Of a DNA stretch of 64,000 nucleotides, positions 37,645 to 51,990 are shown one piece after another. Made by a program: the position numbers and the translations under genes. A model generated the notes under the pieces. The model did not search any database. It was not told where the DNA came from and saw only the letters and a program-made list of their open reading frames with translations. Position 1 is the first letter of the stretch, and each line of letters opens with the position of its first letter. Origin of the DNA: Heterodontus francisci. Taxonomy: Eukaryota. Location: the NCBI RefSeq assembly GCF_036365525.1, contig NW_027141175.1:2356001-2420000 (forward strand), read 5' to 3'.

Positions 37645-39490
37645 TGAGGTGGAGTGTTGCGGCAAGAAGATGGAAAAGAGCGTTGCTGCGATGACAGCCT
37701 TAGTTGACCCCAGTTTGCATTGGGATTGGGTCAGTGGTAGGACCGTTGGGAAGGATTACAGCTTGCATGTCATCATGCAGTCGTTGGAGGTTGGTGACGA
37801 ATTTTTCTGGCAGCCAAATTGTGGAGGACGTTCCATAATCCCTCCTGGTTGGTAGAGTCGAAGGCCTTTGTCAGGTCAGAGAAGACCAGGTAGAAAGGTT
37901 GCTGCTGCTCCCTACATTTTCTTGGAGTTGTCTTGCTGTGAAGATCATGTCCACTGTGTCTCTTGATGGACAGAATCCACATTGTGATTCCAGTAGGAGG
38001 TCTTCAGCCACGGGGAGGAGAAAGTTGAGAAGGACTCTTGTGATGACCTTCCCTGTGGTGAACAGCTGGGATACCCCTCTGTCATTACCACAGTCGGTCT
38101 TGTCACCATTTTTGGTGATGATCACAATGACGGCATCTCAGTGATCCCTGGCATGCTCTCGTCCTTCCAGCTGAGGGAAATGAGACCATGTATTTGTGTT
38201 AAGTGTTCTTCTCTGTCGTATTTTAGATTTTCAGAGGGAATTCCATCTATGCCGGTGGCCTTCATTTTTTTTTTGCTGTTAGATTGCCTTTTCAATTTCT
38301 GTTGGGCTGGTATTGTGCTAAAAGAACAAAGAACAAAGATAATTACAGCACAGGAACAGGCCCTTCGGCCCTCCAAGCCTGCGCCGATCCAGATCCTCTC
38401 TCTAAACATGTCGCCTATTTTCTAAGGTTCTGTATCTCTTTTCTTCCTGCCCATTCATGTATCTGTCTAGATACATCTTAAAAGACTCCATCGTGCCCGC
38501 ATCTACCACCTCCGCTGGCAATGCGTTCCAGCTGCCCACCACCCTCTGCGTAAAGAACTTTCCACGCATATCCCCCCTAAACTTTTCCCCTTTCACTTTG
38601 AACTCGTGTCCTCTAGTAATTGAAACCCCCACTCTGGGAAAAAGCCTCTTGCTATCCACCCTGTCTATACCTCTCATGATTTTGTACACCTCAATCAGGT
38701 CCCCCCTCAACCTCCGTCTTTCTAATGAAAATAATCCTAATCTGCTCAACCTCTCTTCATAGCTAGCGCCCTCCATACCAGGCAACATCCTGGTGAACCT
38801 CCTCTGCACCCTCTCCAAAGCATCCACATCCTTTTGATAATGCTGACGTCATGGTGAGTAACATGCTGTGGAATGCGGTCAAGGGCACTTGCATCAAGGA
38901 CTGAGTTGCGATTTCGGAGATCTTCAAAGTGCTACTTCCAACGAGTGCTGACTGCCTCTCTGACCTTGATCAGTGTAACTCCATTCTTTACTCTCAGTAG
39001 GGTAGGTCCTTGGTAATTTGGGCCATAAATGGTCTTGACGGTGCTGAAGAATCCACACATGTCGTGGCTGTCAGCAAGTTGCTGTATTTCCTGCACTCTT
39101 TCAGCCCATCAGCTGTTCTTTAGTTCGGGTAAGTAGATCTACTCGATAGGACGAGTGGGAAACTATTGAACCTACATTGCCTCCAGTCCAGAAGCAAGGC
39201 CACTCCAACATCTGTCATCGGGCTGCAGTATGCTGACAACGCTTGCATATGCGCACACTCAGAGGCCAAATTCAAACCCTCATCGATGCATTCATGGAGG
39301 CGTATGAAAGAATTGTCTGAAAGCAAAACATCCGGAAAGCTAAGGTCCTCTGCCAGCCTGCTCCCCGACACTGCCTCCGACTGTCAAGATCCATGGCGAA
39401 TCACTGGACAATGTGGATCACTGCTCATACCTTGGGAGCCTCCTGTCACCAAGGGCAGACATTGACAATGACACTCAGGATTGCCTCCAG
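37645..39490. mobile_element. RTE-clade LINE, mirror copy of 31277-33302 with the same inversion junction near 39130; split by a young CR1
   Basis: Minus FSDLTKAFDSTNQEGLW; plus LQYADNACICAHSEAK. Confidence 0.82.
38320..38843 (-). mobile_element. Young CR1 3' fragment
   Basis: Open 141-aa frame DALERVQRRFTRMLPGMEG...; tail aaagaacaaagaacaaag; absent from left arm. Confidence 0.92.
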
Positions 39491-40560
39491 AAGGCCATGT
39501 GGCCCATAAATCCTGCTCTGCCATTCAATATGATCATGCCTGTTCTGATTGAGGCCTTAATTCCACTTTCCTGCCTGCGCCCATGACCAATGACTCCCTT
39601 GTACATCAAAAAATCTGTCTATCACAGCTTTGAATATATCAAATGACCCAGCCTCCACAGTCCTCTGGAGAACAGAATTCCAAAGATGAGCAACCCTCTG
39701 ACAGAAGAAATTCCTCCTCAACTCCTTCTTGAATGGGAGACCGCTTATCTTGAAACTGTGGCCCCTAATTCTACATTCCCCCACAAGGAGAAACATCTTC
39801 CCAGCATCTACCTGTGCAGCCCACTGAGAATCTTATAGATTTCAATAAGATCACCTCTCAATCTTCTAAACTCCAGTGAGTAGAGGCCCAATCTGCTCAA
39901 CTTATTCTCACAAGTCAACCCTTCATCCCAGGAATCAGCCTAGTGAACATTCTTTGAACTGATTCCAATACAAGTATATCCCTCCTTAAGTAAGGAGACC
40001 AAAACTGTATGAAGTACTTTAGTTGGGATGCCACTAATGCCCTGTACAGTTACAGCAAAACTTCCCTACTTTTATACTCCATTCCCCTTGCTAAAAATGC
40101 CAACATTCCATTTGCCTTCCTAATTACTTGCTATACCTTCATGCTAACTTTTTTGTAATTCATGTACCTGGCACCCAGATCCCTCAGTACAGCAGCATTT
40201 TGCAGTCTCTCTATGTAAGTAATATTCTGTTTTTCTATTCTTCCTGCCAAAGTAGGCAATCTCACATTTTCCCATATTATACTCCATCTGCCAAACTTTT
40301 GCCCACTGACTTAACCTATCTATATCTCTTTGCAGACACTTTATGTCCTCCTCACAACTTTCTTTCCTACCTATCTTTGTACCACCCATAAATTAGGCAA
40401 CAGTACACTCGGTGCCTTCATGCAATTATTAATATAGATCATAAATAGTTGGGGCACCAGCACTGGTCCCTGTGACAATCCATTAGTTACAGTTTGCCAA
40501 TCTGAATATGCCCCATTTATCCCCACTCTCTGTTTCCTGTGAGTTATCCAATCCTATATC
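39490..40560 (-). mobile_element. CR1 LINE 3' part, mirror of 29110-30170
   Basis: CLQRDIDRLSQWAKVWQMEYN; RRNFFCQRVAHLWN. Confidence 0.88.
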
Positions 40561-41333
40561 CATGTGTGTGTAGTTTTCAGTTTGTATCTGTCAGTGTCTG
40601 TTACTCTGAGTGAGTTTTGGACTCTTTCTCAGTCTCTCAGTGCTACTATTTGTGTGTTAGGTTGCTTTAGATGACTCAGGCTGAGGTACTGTGAGTGAGT
40701 GCAGTAATCAACCTATATCTTTCAGCATCTGGCACTGAGCATGTGTTTCAGCATCACTATCTATCTGTCAGTATCTGGTACTCTGTGTGAGTGTGGGATT
40801 CATTATATAATCTTCCGTCCCTGGGACTGATGACAAGTCTGGATTTATTCTACATAAAATGTCAGCACAGCAACAGGCCACTGATGTGGTAGGTTTTAAG
40901 CAGACAATATATTTGAGGTTTTGCTTAGTATTAAATATCTGTCACTGTGAACACAATAGTGAAAGATAATGTATCCTACAATCTGATACAGGATTGGTGT
41001 GCAAGTGTAACTCAGGCTGTACTAATCAATTTGATCAATGCCATTCAGTCTGACTCTGAGGGAGAATCTTGGACTTGTGTGTAAAATGAGCTCAGTCTGG
41101 AATTGTACAGTATCTTCCATCTGACACTATGAGGTTTCAGGACTGGTATGTAATTTATAGCTCAGACTATACTGATCAAATTTATAATGTATCTTTTAGT
41201 TTCACAATCCGGATGAGTTTTAAACTGGAATCTGAGTTTGTATCTCAGGTTATACTATATTTCAGAATCTCTCAATCTGATTATGCACTTGAGATTTGGA
41301 CTTGAGTCTAATGTATATGTCTGGAAACATGAT

Positions 41334-41690
41334 GGGCGGCACAGTGGCGCAGTGGTTAGCACCGCAGCCTCACAGCTCCAGTGACCCGGGTTCAATTCTG
41401 GGTACTGCCTGTGTGGAGTTTGCAAGTTCTCCTTGTATCTGCGTGTGTTTTCTCCGGGTGCTCCGGTTTCTTCCCACAAGCCAAAAGACTTGCAGGTTGG
41501 TAGGTAAATTGGCCATTATAAATTGCCCCTAGTATAGTTAGGTGGTAGGGAAATATAGGGACAGATGGGGATGTGGCAGGAATATGGGATTAGTGTAGGA
41601 TTAGTATAAATGGGGGTTGATGGTCGGCACAGACTCGGTGGGCCGAAGGGCCTGTTTCAGTGCTGTATCTCTAAACTAATCTAAACTAAA
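41334..41690 (+). mobile_element. Full-length HE1-like V-SINE
   Basis: A-box tggcgcagtgg, B-box ggttcaattc, V-domain, CR1-like tail gggccgaagggcctgtttcagtgctgta, (ctaaa)n; empty site in left arm near 28345. Confidence 0.92.
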
Positions 41691-42339
41691 TTAATACTGA
41701 TTATAAACTCATAACCTGTGTAAATATTGGGCTGGTATTTAACTTGAATCTCAGAGTACATTATTGAGGTTATTTCTGTAACTTTGAAACAGGAACCATG
41801 TGTCAGTTCGATGTGTGTTTAATTTGTAGCTGAGGTTGCTCTTATGTGGGATTGACACACTGATAATTTGATCGTGAGTGAGAATTTGGACTGGGATTTA
41901 TGTATCTACCTGTCAGTGGTACTGAGTTGGGGTGACATGGAAACAACGTCTGTCTCTCCTGTTCTGTTTGATTGATGGATTGAAAATGTGTCTCTGGAAC
42001 TATTTCTGCTGTCTGAGACTGTGGAACTGATGACCTGTCTGTGTCTCTGCGCTCTGTGAGTGATAATGTACGGACTGTGTGAGAAGGAGCTGGTGACACT
42101 CTTCCTTGTAACTTGGGTGGAGGAAACATCACATTTATTCTGGTTCATTCAATTATTTGTCTGTTTGAACAAAAGTATGTTTATAACTGAAATACAGGTA
42201 GATCGAAGATACAGAGTTTTGATTAATTTAATCTCTCAAATAATAATCATTATGGATACCAGAAAAGAACCCCAGCCGCACAAATATTGTCAGTGTTTCA
42301 CTCCACTACAGTAAGTTTCTTCACATTCTGTCTCCATCC

Positions 42340-42620
42340 CCTTGTCCACACAGAACCGGAGAATGGCCTCGCCACTCACTCCATGTTCCCGGACCGTTTC
42401 CAGCTCCACTCCGCCTCTTACAAACAGCCCCCGCCTCCCTCTGAACTTGCCCCGGACTCGATGCTGATCTCTGAGTCAATCTGCGGACACGCTCCCAAAG
42501 CGATGTGCTGCTGGAAGGAGGCTGCTGTTTGCTCCCTTCCCCCGGGACCGGGATCTCTCCATTGGCGGCTGTTTTAAACCATCTTCTTCCGCTCACAGGC
42601 CGTGCTGGGGGAGGGGAGCG
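42340..42620 (-). promoter_or_regulatory. Repeat 'P', mirror of 27400-27700
   Basis: Reverse-complement similarity; retains ACATGGA|GTGAGT. Confidence 0.4.
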
Positions 42621-43344
42621 CAGGCCCAGATTTCTGCAACAATTCAACCAGAAACATAGAAAATTTCCGGCACAGAATGAGGCCATTCGGCCCATCGTGT
42701 CCGCGCCAGCGCAAAGAGAGCAATATAGCCTGTTCCCACAGTTTACTGTTATTCGACAGTGAAGTGTGGAAACAGAAGCGGACAGTCAGGATATGGGGAG
42801 TTACACAAAGTGAATCTATTATAGGCACCAGGTGAGAAGCGTGAAGGACACATTTTAAACAGCGGCTGTTTGGTTTCGCCGGAACGGTTAGACCATGGGA
42901 GCGGGAACTGGAAATCTGACCTGTGTAAAAGTCCCTGCTCCGTTGGTCAGTCCCATTCATGGCCCAGTGGATTGTTTCTGGATGTCATTAAATGGTTGTA
43001 AAATGGCCAAAGCCCCTGGTATGCAGTAGCTGGGGGCTGCAGGACTGCAGTGGAATCAGACACTTACTCTGTTTGTATTGCTGGGTTTCCTTTGTGATTG
43101 TTCACAATGATTATTCATTGAAAAATTGTTTTGGTCTCTCTTGTAACTTCCACCGCATCTCTTCCTGAATTATAATAAATACTTTTTCTTTCAACAGGCA
43201 ATACTTGAGGAAGCTGAATAAATGTAGTGATTCCTCGACACAAGGGGAAGTGCAGCCAGCTCCTCACACACAGTAAGTACAGTATCTGTCACAGAGAGCA
43301 GAGACATCAGTTCCACAATCACCAACAGCAGAAGTAGTCAGAAC

Positions 43345-44762
43345 ACAAAAACACACAAAATAGGAGCAGGAGTAGATCATGTGGCCCGTGGAGCCTGCTC
43401 CGCCATTCAGTACCATCATGGATGATCTTAGGCTTCAATTCCACTTTCCCGCCTGCTCGCCTTATCCCCTGATTCTCTGAGAGATCAAAAATCTGTCTAT
43501 CGCAGCTTTACATGTATTCAATGATGGAGCATCCACAATCCTCTGGAGTAGAAAATTTCAAAGATTCACAACCCTTTGAGTGAAGTAATTTCTCCTCATC
43601 TCAGTCCTAAATGATCAGCCCCTTATCGTGGGACTGTGTCCCCATGTTTTAGATTCTCCAACCAGCAGAAACAATCTCTCAGTGTTTCCCCTATCCAGCC
43701 CCTTTGGAATTTTGTATGTTTCAATGAGATCACCTCTCATTCTTCTAAACTCCAGAGTATAGGCCCAATTTACTCAGCCTCTCATCATAGGACAATCCCC
43801 TCATCCCAGGGACTAATTTAGTGAACATTTGCTGCACCGCCTCCAATGCACATATATCCTTTCTTAAGTGTGCAGACCAAAACGTCACACTGTATTCCAG
43901 ATGTGGTCTCACCGAAATCCTGTACAATTGTAACTCACTTCTTTATTCCTGTATTCTAATCCCCTCGCAATAAAGGCCAACACGCCATTTGCCTTCCTAA
44001 TTGCTTGTTGTACCTGCATGCTAACTTTCTGTATTCCTTGTACAAGAACAGTCAAGTCTCTTTGAACACCAACACTTACAAGTTTCACACCTTTGATCAA
44101 ATATTCTACTTTTCTGTTCTTATGACCAAAGTGAAGAACTTCACACTTCCCTACATTATACTCCATCTACCATCTTCTTGCCCACTCACTGAACTTGTCT
44201 ATATCTCTTTGCAGCCTCTCTATGTCCTCCCACAGCTTCCCTTTCCACCTACCTTTGTATCATCAGCAAACTTAGATACATTACTCTCTGTCTCTTCATT
44301 TAAGTCATCAATTTAGATTGTAAATAGCTGAGACTCCAGCACTTATCCTTGCAACACTCCATTATTCACTACCTGCCAATCCGTTCATACCCAGTCTTTG
44401 CTTCCTATCCATTAACCAATCCTTTATCCATGCTAATATATTACCCCCAATTCCATGAGTCATTATCTTCCCTATTAACCTTTTGTGTGGCACCTTGTTG
44501 AATGTTTTTCAGAAATCCAGGAATCCGACTGGTTTCCCTTTACCCTACTCGTTATATCCTCAAAAAACTCTCATAAATTTGTCAACAAGATTTCTCTTCA
44601 GTAAACTCATGTTGACTTGTTTGAATGCTTTTCTCAGTGCATTGTTCAGACTTCCTGCATTTTCCCAATGACTGATGTTAGGCTAACTGACCTGTAGTTC
44701 ACAGTTTTCTCTCTCCCTCCTTTCCTGAAAAGCAGTGTAACATCTGCCAACTTCCAATCTGA
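43345..44762 (-). mobile_element. CR1 LINE, decayed
   Basis: VTLLFRKGGREKTVNYRSVSLTSVIGK; VRPHLEYSVTFWS; CR1 tail at 43345. Confidence 0.85.
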
Positions 44763-44974
44763 TGCAAATTTTCTGACCCCCTCCCACACCCACTGCAATA
44801 TTACACGGAACGGCGGTAGGGAGAAACAGCCTGTCTGCCCCAGGCCAATCAAGGCCCTTAATTGGCCAATGAACTGCCACTTATGGGCCTCCTCTCTCCG
44901 CTGCGGGTATTTTGTCCTTGGTTGGGTTGGGGGCGGGGAGGCAGTGTGGCAAATGCACCAAGAACCCTGCCTGT

Positions 44975-45468
44975 TTTTTTTATTCATTCATGGGATGTGG
45001 ACATCGCTGGCCAGGTCAGCATTTATTGCCCATCTCTAATTACCCTTGAGAAGGTTGTGGTGAGCTGCCTTCTTGAACCGCTGCAGTCCATGTGGGGTAG
45101 ATACACCCACAGTGCTGTTTTTATTGACTTCATAGTGGTTAGATACAACTGTGTGGCTTGCTAGGCCATTTCAGAGGGCATGTAAGAGTCAACCACATTG
45201 CTGTGGGTCTGGAGTCACATGTCGGCCACACCAGCTAAGGACAGCAGATTTCCCTCCCTAAAGGACATTCGTGACCCAGCTGGGTTTTTACAACAATCGA
45301 CAATGGTTTCATGGCCATCATTAGACTCGCTTTTTAATTCCAGATTTATTAATTGAATTCAAATTCCACCTTCTGCTGTGGTGGGATTTGAACTCATGTC
45401 CCCAGAGCAATACCCTGGGTCTCTGGGTTACTAGGCCAGTGACAATACCACTACGCCACCGCCTCCCC
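44975..45468 (-). mobile_element. tRNA-head SINE with Deu-like central domain (SacSINE1/DeuSINE-like)
   Basis: Head ggggaggcggtggcgtagtggt...gagttcaaatccc; central gtaaaaaccc...atgtcctttagggagggaaatctgc; tail shared with LINE at 24945. Confidence 0.75.
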
Positions 45469-46192
45469 TGGTAAAACCAAGCGTCTTTCTTACAGGCTGC
45501 AGGCGGTCCTCCTGATAGGGCACCCTGTTCCCCATGGAGGGCCGCCCTCAAAGCTCCAACCGCCCCCAATGGACAACACAGCCCCGGACCCCGTAACCGA
45601 CCCCCCATTGCATCAGACTTAAAGGTAAAATTATATATTCTATCAGAACAGACTGAAAGACAAATAACATAGCACTCCACAAAACTCTAGTGTTAGAGTG
45701 AAAGTTATTGTCTCAGTTATTTATTGCAGCCTGAGCTACACATTATATGCCAATCTAAAATCACATACAGTTTCAGACTGAGATACAGTTTTTATTCCAT
45801 AAATGCAAAACGAGCTATATGTTCCACAGGAGTTCAAACTATTGAACAAGCCTGGGATCTTTTCTCTGAGTGGTCACCTAATAGAAGCATTGAATAATAT
45901 GAAGGGTTTCGTTAGGGTAGAGGTAGAGATGTTTCCCACTTGTGGTGGAGTCCAAAGCTGTGAATATGAAATAGTCAGTAATAAATCAAATAAATAACTC
46001 AGGGGAAACTTCTTTACCCTGCTTTAACAGCACTTGAGCTGCTGAACATTGTTACATTTAACGTCAAGCTAAATGATGAAATGAGGCAGAAACAATTCAA
46101 GGGATTTGCTTATAGGATTAGATGAAGTAGGGTTGGAGTAAGCTCATTGGAACTACTGGCACATGGGCAGAATGGCCTGTCTGTGCTGTAAA

Positions 46193-48555
46193 TAAAGAAC
46201 AAAGAACAAAGAAAATTACAGCACAGGAACAGGCCCTTCGGCCCTCCAAGCCTGCGCCGATCCAGATCCTCTATCTAAACCTGTCGCCTATTTTCTAAGG
46301 GTCTGTATCTCTTTGCTTCCTGCCCATTCATGTATCTGTCTAGATACATCTTAAAAGACGCTATCGTGCCCGTGTCTACCACCTCCACTGGCAACGCGTT
46401 CCAGGCACCCACCACCCTCTGCGTAAAGAACTTTCCACGCATATCCCCCCTAAACTTTTCCCCTCTCACTTTGAACTCGTGACCCCTAGTAATTGAATCC
46501 CCCACTCTGGGGAAAAAGCTTCTTGCTGTCCACCCTGTCGATACCTCTCATGATTTTGCACACCTCAATGAGGTCCCCCCTCAACCTCCGTCTTTCTAAT
46601 GAAAATAATCCTAATCTACTCAACCTCTCTTCATAGCTAGCGCCCTCCATACCAGGCAACATCCTGGTGAAGCTCCTCTGCACGCTCTCCAAAGCATCTA
46701 CATCCTTTTGGTAATGTGGCGACCAGAACTGCACGCAGTATTCCAAATGTGGCCGACCAAAGTCTTAAACAACTGTAACATGACCTGCGAACTCTTGTAC
46801 TCAATACCGCGTCCGATGAAGGAAAGCATGCCGGATGCCTTCTTGACCACTCTATTGCCCTGCGTTGCCACCTTCAGGGAACAATGGACCCAAACACCCA
46901 AATCTCTCTGAACATCAATTTTCCCCAGGACTTTTCCATTTATTGTATAGTTCACTCTTGAATTGGATCTTCCAAAATGCATCACATCGCAATTGCCTGG
47001 ATTGAACGCCATCTGCCATTTCTCTGCCCAACTCTCCAATCTATCTATATTCTGCTGTATTCTCTGACAGTCCCCGTCACTACCTGCTACTCCACCAATC
47101 TTAGTGTTGGCTGCAAACTTGCTAATCAGACCACCTATACTTTCCTCCAAATCATTTATGTATATCACAAACAACAGTGGTCCCAGCACGGATCCCTGTG
47201 GAACACCACTGGTCACACGTCTCCATTTTGAGAAACTCCCTTCCACTGCTACTCTCTGTCTCCTGTTGCCCAGCCAGTTCTTTATCCATCTAGCTAGTAC
47301 ACCCTGGACCCCATGCGACTTCACTTTCTCCATCAACCTACCATGGGGAACCTTATCAAACGCCTTACTGAAGTCCATGTATATGATATCTACAGCCCTT
47401 CCCTCATCAATCAACTTTGTCACTTCCTCAAAGAATTCTATTAAGTTGGTAAGACATGACCTTCCCTGCACAAAACCATGTTGCCTATCACTGATAAGCC
47501 CATTTTCTTCCAAATGGGAATAGATCCTATCCCTCAGTATCTTCTCCAGCAGCTTCCCTACCACTGACGTCAGACTCACCGGTCTATAATTACCTGGATT
47601 ATCCCTGCTACCCTTCTTAAACAAGGGGACAACATTAGCAATTCTCCAGTCCTCCGGGACCTCACCCGTGTTTAAGGATGCTGCAAAGATATCTGTTAAG
47701 GCCCCAGCTATTTCCTCTCTCACTTCCCTCAGAAACATGGGATAGATCCCATCTGGACCTGGGGACTTGTCCACCTTAATGCCTTTTAGAATACCCAACA
47801 CTTCCTCCCTCCTTATGCCGACTTGACCTTGAGTAATCAAACATCTGTCCCTAACCTCAACATCCGTCATGTCCCTCTCCTCAGTGAATACCGATGCAAA
47901 GTACTCATTTAGAATCTCACCCATTTTCTCTGACTCCACATATAATTTTCCTCCTTTGTCCTTGAGTGGTCCAATCCTTTCTCTAGTTACCCTCTTGCTC
48001 CTTATATATGAATAAAAGGCTTTGGGATTTTCCTTAACCCTGTTTGCTAAAGATATTTCATGACCCCTTTTATTGCTCTTAATTTCTCGTTTCAGATTGG
48101 TCCTACATTCCCGGTATTCTTCCAAAGCTTCGTCTTTCTTCAGCCGCCTAGACCTTATGTATGCTTCCTTTTTCCTCTTAGCTAGTTTCACAATTTCACC
48201 TGTCATCCATGGTTCCCATATCTTGCCCTTTCTATCCCTCATTTTCACAGGAACATGTCTCTCTTGCACGCTAAATCAACCTCTCTTTAAAAGCCTCCCA
48301 CATATCAAATGTGGATTTATCTTCAAACAGCTGCTCCCAATCTACATTCCCCAGCTCCTGCCGAATTTTGGTATAGTTGGCCTTCCCCCTATTTAGCACT
48401 CTTCCTTTAGGACCACTCTCGTCTTTGTCCATGAGTGTTCTAAAACTTACGGAATTCCCAAAATAGTCCCCTACTGAAACTTCAACCACCTGGCCGGGCT
48501 CATTCCCCAACACCAGGTCCAGTATGGCCCCTTCCTGAGTTGGACTATTAATACT
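46193..48555 (-). mobile_element. Young CR1 LINE, 5'-truncated, 523-aa open stretch of ORF2 (46698-48269)
   Basis: KSPGPDGIYP, NYRPVSLTSVVGKLLE, MDFSKAFDKVPH, GVPQGSVLGPLLF; catalytic FADD reads FAAN; frameshifts present. Confidence 0.95.
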
Positions 48556-48559
48556 ATGT

Positions 48560-49430
48560 AATTCTGTGTAGAGTGAATCCAGAATGACAAACTAACCCAG
48601 AGATTAATGGCTAATGAATGCATCCCACACACAGGCAGTACCAGAGACTGACAGATACTGAACAAAACCCACACTCACAGGCATTGCCACAGACTAACAG
48701 ATACTGAACAAAACCCACACTCACAGGCAGTACCTGAGACTGACTGATATTGAACAAAACCAACACTCACAGGCAGTACCTGAGACTGACTGATATTGAA
48801 CAAAACCCACACTCACAGGCAGTACCTGAGACTGACTGATATTGAACAAAACCCACATTCATAAACAGTACCAGAGACTGACAGATGTTAAATTCATCCC
48901 AAGTTCACAACAGAAACAATAACTGAGAGATCCAACAGTAATCCAACACTTACATATATTATCAGTGACTTAAAGGTACAGAATTAATCGCACACTCAAA
49001 TATAGTGCATGTGACTGGGATACAGAATGAGTCTATACTGACACATAGTACCAGGGAATGACAGATACAGAATGAATCACACAGTCACATACAGCAACAG
49101 GGACATTTTGGCACAGTATGAATCTGACAGTCATGTACAGAAACAGAGGCTGACAGATATGAAATGAAACCCACACACACATACAGTGACACTGAGAGCT
49201 ATGACATATATGCCGCATTCATATATAGTACCAGAGATTGACAGATACAGAATGAATTCCACACACACAAACAGTTCCAGAGCCTTATACATTCAGAGTG
49301 AATATGACACTTTGTACCAGAGACTGACCAATGCAGCATGAATCCCACACTCCCACTCAGTAATAGAGACTGACAGCCACAAATAAAGAATGATTCTCAT
49401 TCTCCTGTACAGGACAACAGACTGATTTGC
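48560..49430 (+). repeat. ~41-bp satellite array with near-identical 40-41 bp units at 48635-48890
   Basis: cacactcacaggcagtacctgagactgactgatattgaacaaaacc repeated about six times. Confidence 0.88.
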
Positions 49431-49723
49431 CACAATGGTGTCTCTAATCTTTGGGCAAACTCAATGCAATAACAACTCATCTCCATTCCCAGTATTTCTA
49501 AATCCCACCTGTCCTACATAATCTGAACAATTATTGCATGTTGTGACTGACTGTCTGATCTGCAAAACTGCACTGTATCACAGATTGCTGACAGTTGCTA
49601 GCTGAAAGGGAGAACTGCAACATAGAAGCAGAAATTGGCACAGTCTGTCAGGGTTAATAAGCAGCTAATGTGAGGTATTACATTTTGTGCTACACTCATA
49701 TTGCTTCACATTTTTATACTGTT

Positions 49724-50060
49724 CAGTGGCGCAGTGGTTAGCACTGCAGCCTCACAGCTCCAGGGACCTGGGTTCGATTCTGGGTATTGCCTGTGCAGAG
49801 TTTGCCAGTTCTCCCTGTGACCGCGTGGGTTTTCGCTGGGTGCTCCGGTTTCCTCCCACAGCCAAAGACTTGCAGGTTGATAGGTAAATTGGCCCTTATA
49901 AATTGCCCCTAGTGTCGGTAGGCGATAGGGAATATGGGATTACTGCAGGGTTAGTATAAATGGGTAGTTGTTGGTCAGCACAGGGTTAGTATAAATGGGT
50001 GGTTGTTGGTGGGCCGAAGGGCCTATTTCAGTGCTGTGTCTCTAAATAAAATAAATAAAA
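49724..50060 (+). mobile_element. HE1-like V-SINE
   Basis: cagtggcgcagtggttagcactgcagcc...ggttcgattc, V-domain, (aaata)n tail. Confidence 0.88.
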
Positions 50061-50527
50061 GTAATCAATTCTTAATAAAAATGTTTGACTGCATTGATCT
50101 GATATTTGTAAATGTGCCCTGTTATATATTACACTACATTGAGCAGTATTTCTGTCTGATTTTTCAGGATACTATTTGCATTACTTCAAATAAAGAAAAC
50201 ATAACTACACAAAGAACTGAGCACAATGCTGAAAATTTCACAGCAAACAGTCAAAAGTGAAAGAGATAACATATAGAAAGAAAAAAAGCTCAAATTCTGG
50301 AAACACTCAGCCAGTCCGGAAACAACTGTGGAGAAGAGAAGCTCGGGTTAATTGTCCAGTTCTGTGACCCTTCTATAGACCTGAAACATTGCCCCTACCT
50401 TCTTCTCTCCACAGATGCTTCTAGAACTGCTGAGTGTTTCTAGCATCTTCTGTTATTCAGATTTCTAGCGGCTGCAGTATTTCTCTTTTTGAAGAATAAA
50501 ACAATCCCTGGGATGGAATGAAAGTTT

Positions 50528-51990
50528 ACATAAGAAATAAGAGCAGGAGTGGCCACTCTGCCCATCGAAATAGTTCCACCATTCAACAAGATAACAACTG
50601 TTCTCCTATCTCAACTCCATCTTACCACACTGGCACAGCCCCCTTGATTCCCTTAGTATCCAAAAACCTATCGATCTCTCTTGAATATACACAATGATTG
50701 AGCATCCAGAGCTCTCTGGGATAGAGACTTCCAAAGATTCATAACCCTTTGACTGAATAAAAATCTCCTCTTCTCAGTTAAATATGACCAAGCCCTTTAT
50801 ACTCAGACTGTAACCCTTCGTTCTAGATTGCCCAGCTAGAGGAAACATCCTCCCAGCATTTACCATGTCAAGCCACTAAGCTTTTTATGTGCCAGTGAGA
50901 TTACCTCTCGCTCTTCTGAATTCTAGGGAATAGAGGCCTAGTCTATTCAATCTCTTCTCGTAGGACAATCCCCTCATCCTCGGAAGAAGTCTACTGACAC
51001 ATCTCTGTACTCCCTCTAAGGCAAGTATATCCTTCCATAGATAAGGGGACCAAAACTGCACAGCACTCCAAGTGTGATCTCACCAAGGCCTGTATAATTG
51101 CAATAAATACTCCTACTCTAATCTCTTTGCAATAAAGACAAACATATCATTTGCTTTCCTAATTGGTTGAGTACCTGCATGTAAACTTTCTGTGATTCCT
51201 GGACAAGGACACTCGGGTCCCTCTGAATGTAAACATTTCCCATTCTCTCACTAATTTCAAAAATGTTCTGCATTCCTGTTTTCCTGCTGAAGTGTGTAAC
51301 TTTACACTTCTCCCCATTATATTCCATCTCTCTTGTTCTTGCCCACATACTTAGTCTGTCTAAATCCATTTTTACCCTCTTTGCATCTTCCTCACAGTTT
51401 ACTTTGCCACCTCACTTTATATCATCGGCAAACATGGATAGCATTACATTCAGTCACCTCATCTAAGTCATTGATACAGAATGTAAATAACTGAGTCCCG
51501 AGCACCAATCCTTGCAGTATCCAACTACTTACAGCTTTCCCACAGAAAATGACTCGGTTATTCCTGCTCTCTGTTTTTTGTCTGTTAACTAATACTCAAT
51601 CTATACTAATATATTATCCCCAAATCGCATGGGACCTACATTGGTGTAATAACCTCTTGTTTGATAACTTATTGAATGCTTTTTGAAAATCCAAACAGAC
51701 GACATCCACTGGTTCCCCTTATCTACCCTGGCAGTTACAACCTCTACATATTCTAATAATTTATCATTGACAATTTCCTTTTAATAAATCCATGTTGACT
51801 CTGCCCAACAATATTCTGATATTCCACATCACCATTTACCATGTCTGTAATAATAGATTGTAGCACATTCCCCATTGCTGATGTCAGGCAAACTGGCCTC
51901 TAGTTCTTTGCTTTCTCTCTCCTTCCTTTCTCGAATAGTGTGGATATGTTTGTTACCCTCCAATCCACAGCTTCCAGAATCCAGGAATTG
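50528..51990 (-). mobile_element. Old CR1 LINE
   Basis: DLDRLSMWART, MEYNGEKCKVTHF; CR1 tail at 50528. Confidence 0.8.

Larger units (their letters stand above)
36135..43342 (-). repeat. Right arm of large imperfect inverted repeat
   Basis: Reverse-complement colinearity with 26683-35820, with arm-specific insertions and deletions. Confidence 0.92.

Noticed and set aside
41334-41410. tRNA-like A/B boxes as a real tRNA gene
   Set aside because: Head of a V-SINE, continuous with V-domain and LINE-like tail.
46698-48269. 523-aa ORF as a host gene or active RT
   Set aside because: 5'-truncated CR1 ORF2 with frameshifts and FADD changed to FAAN.
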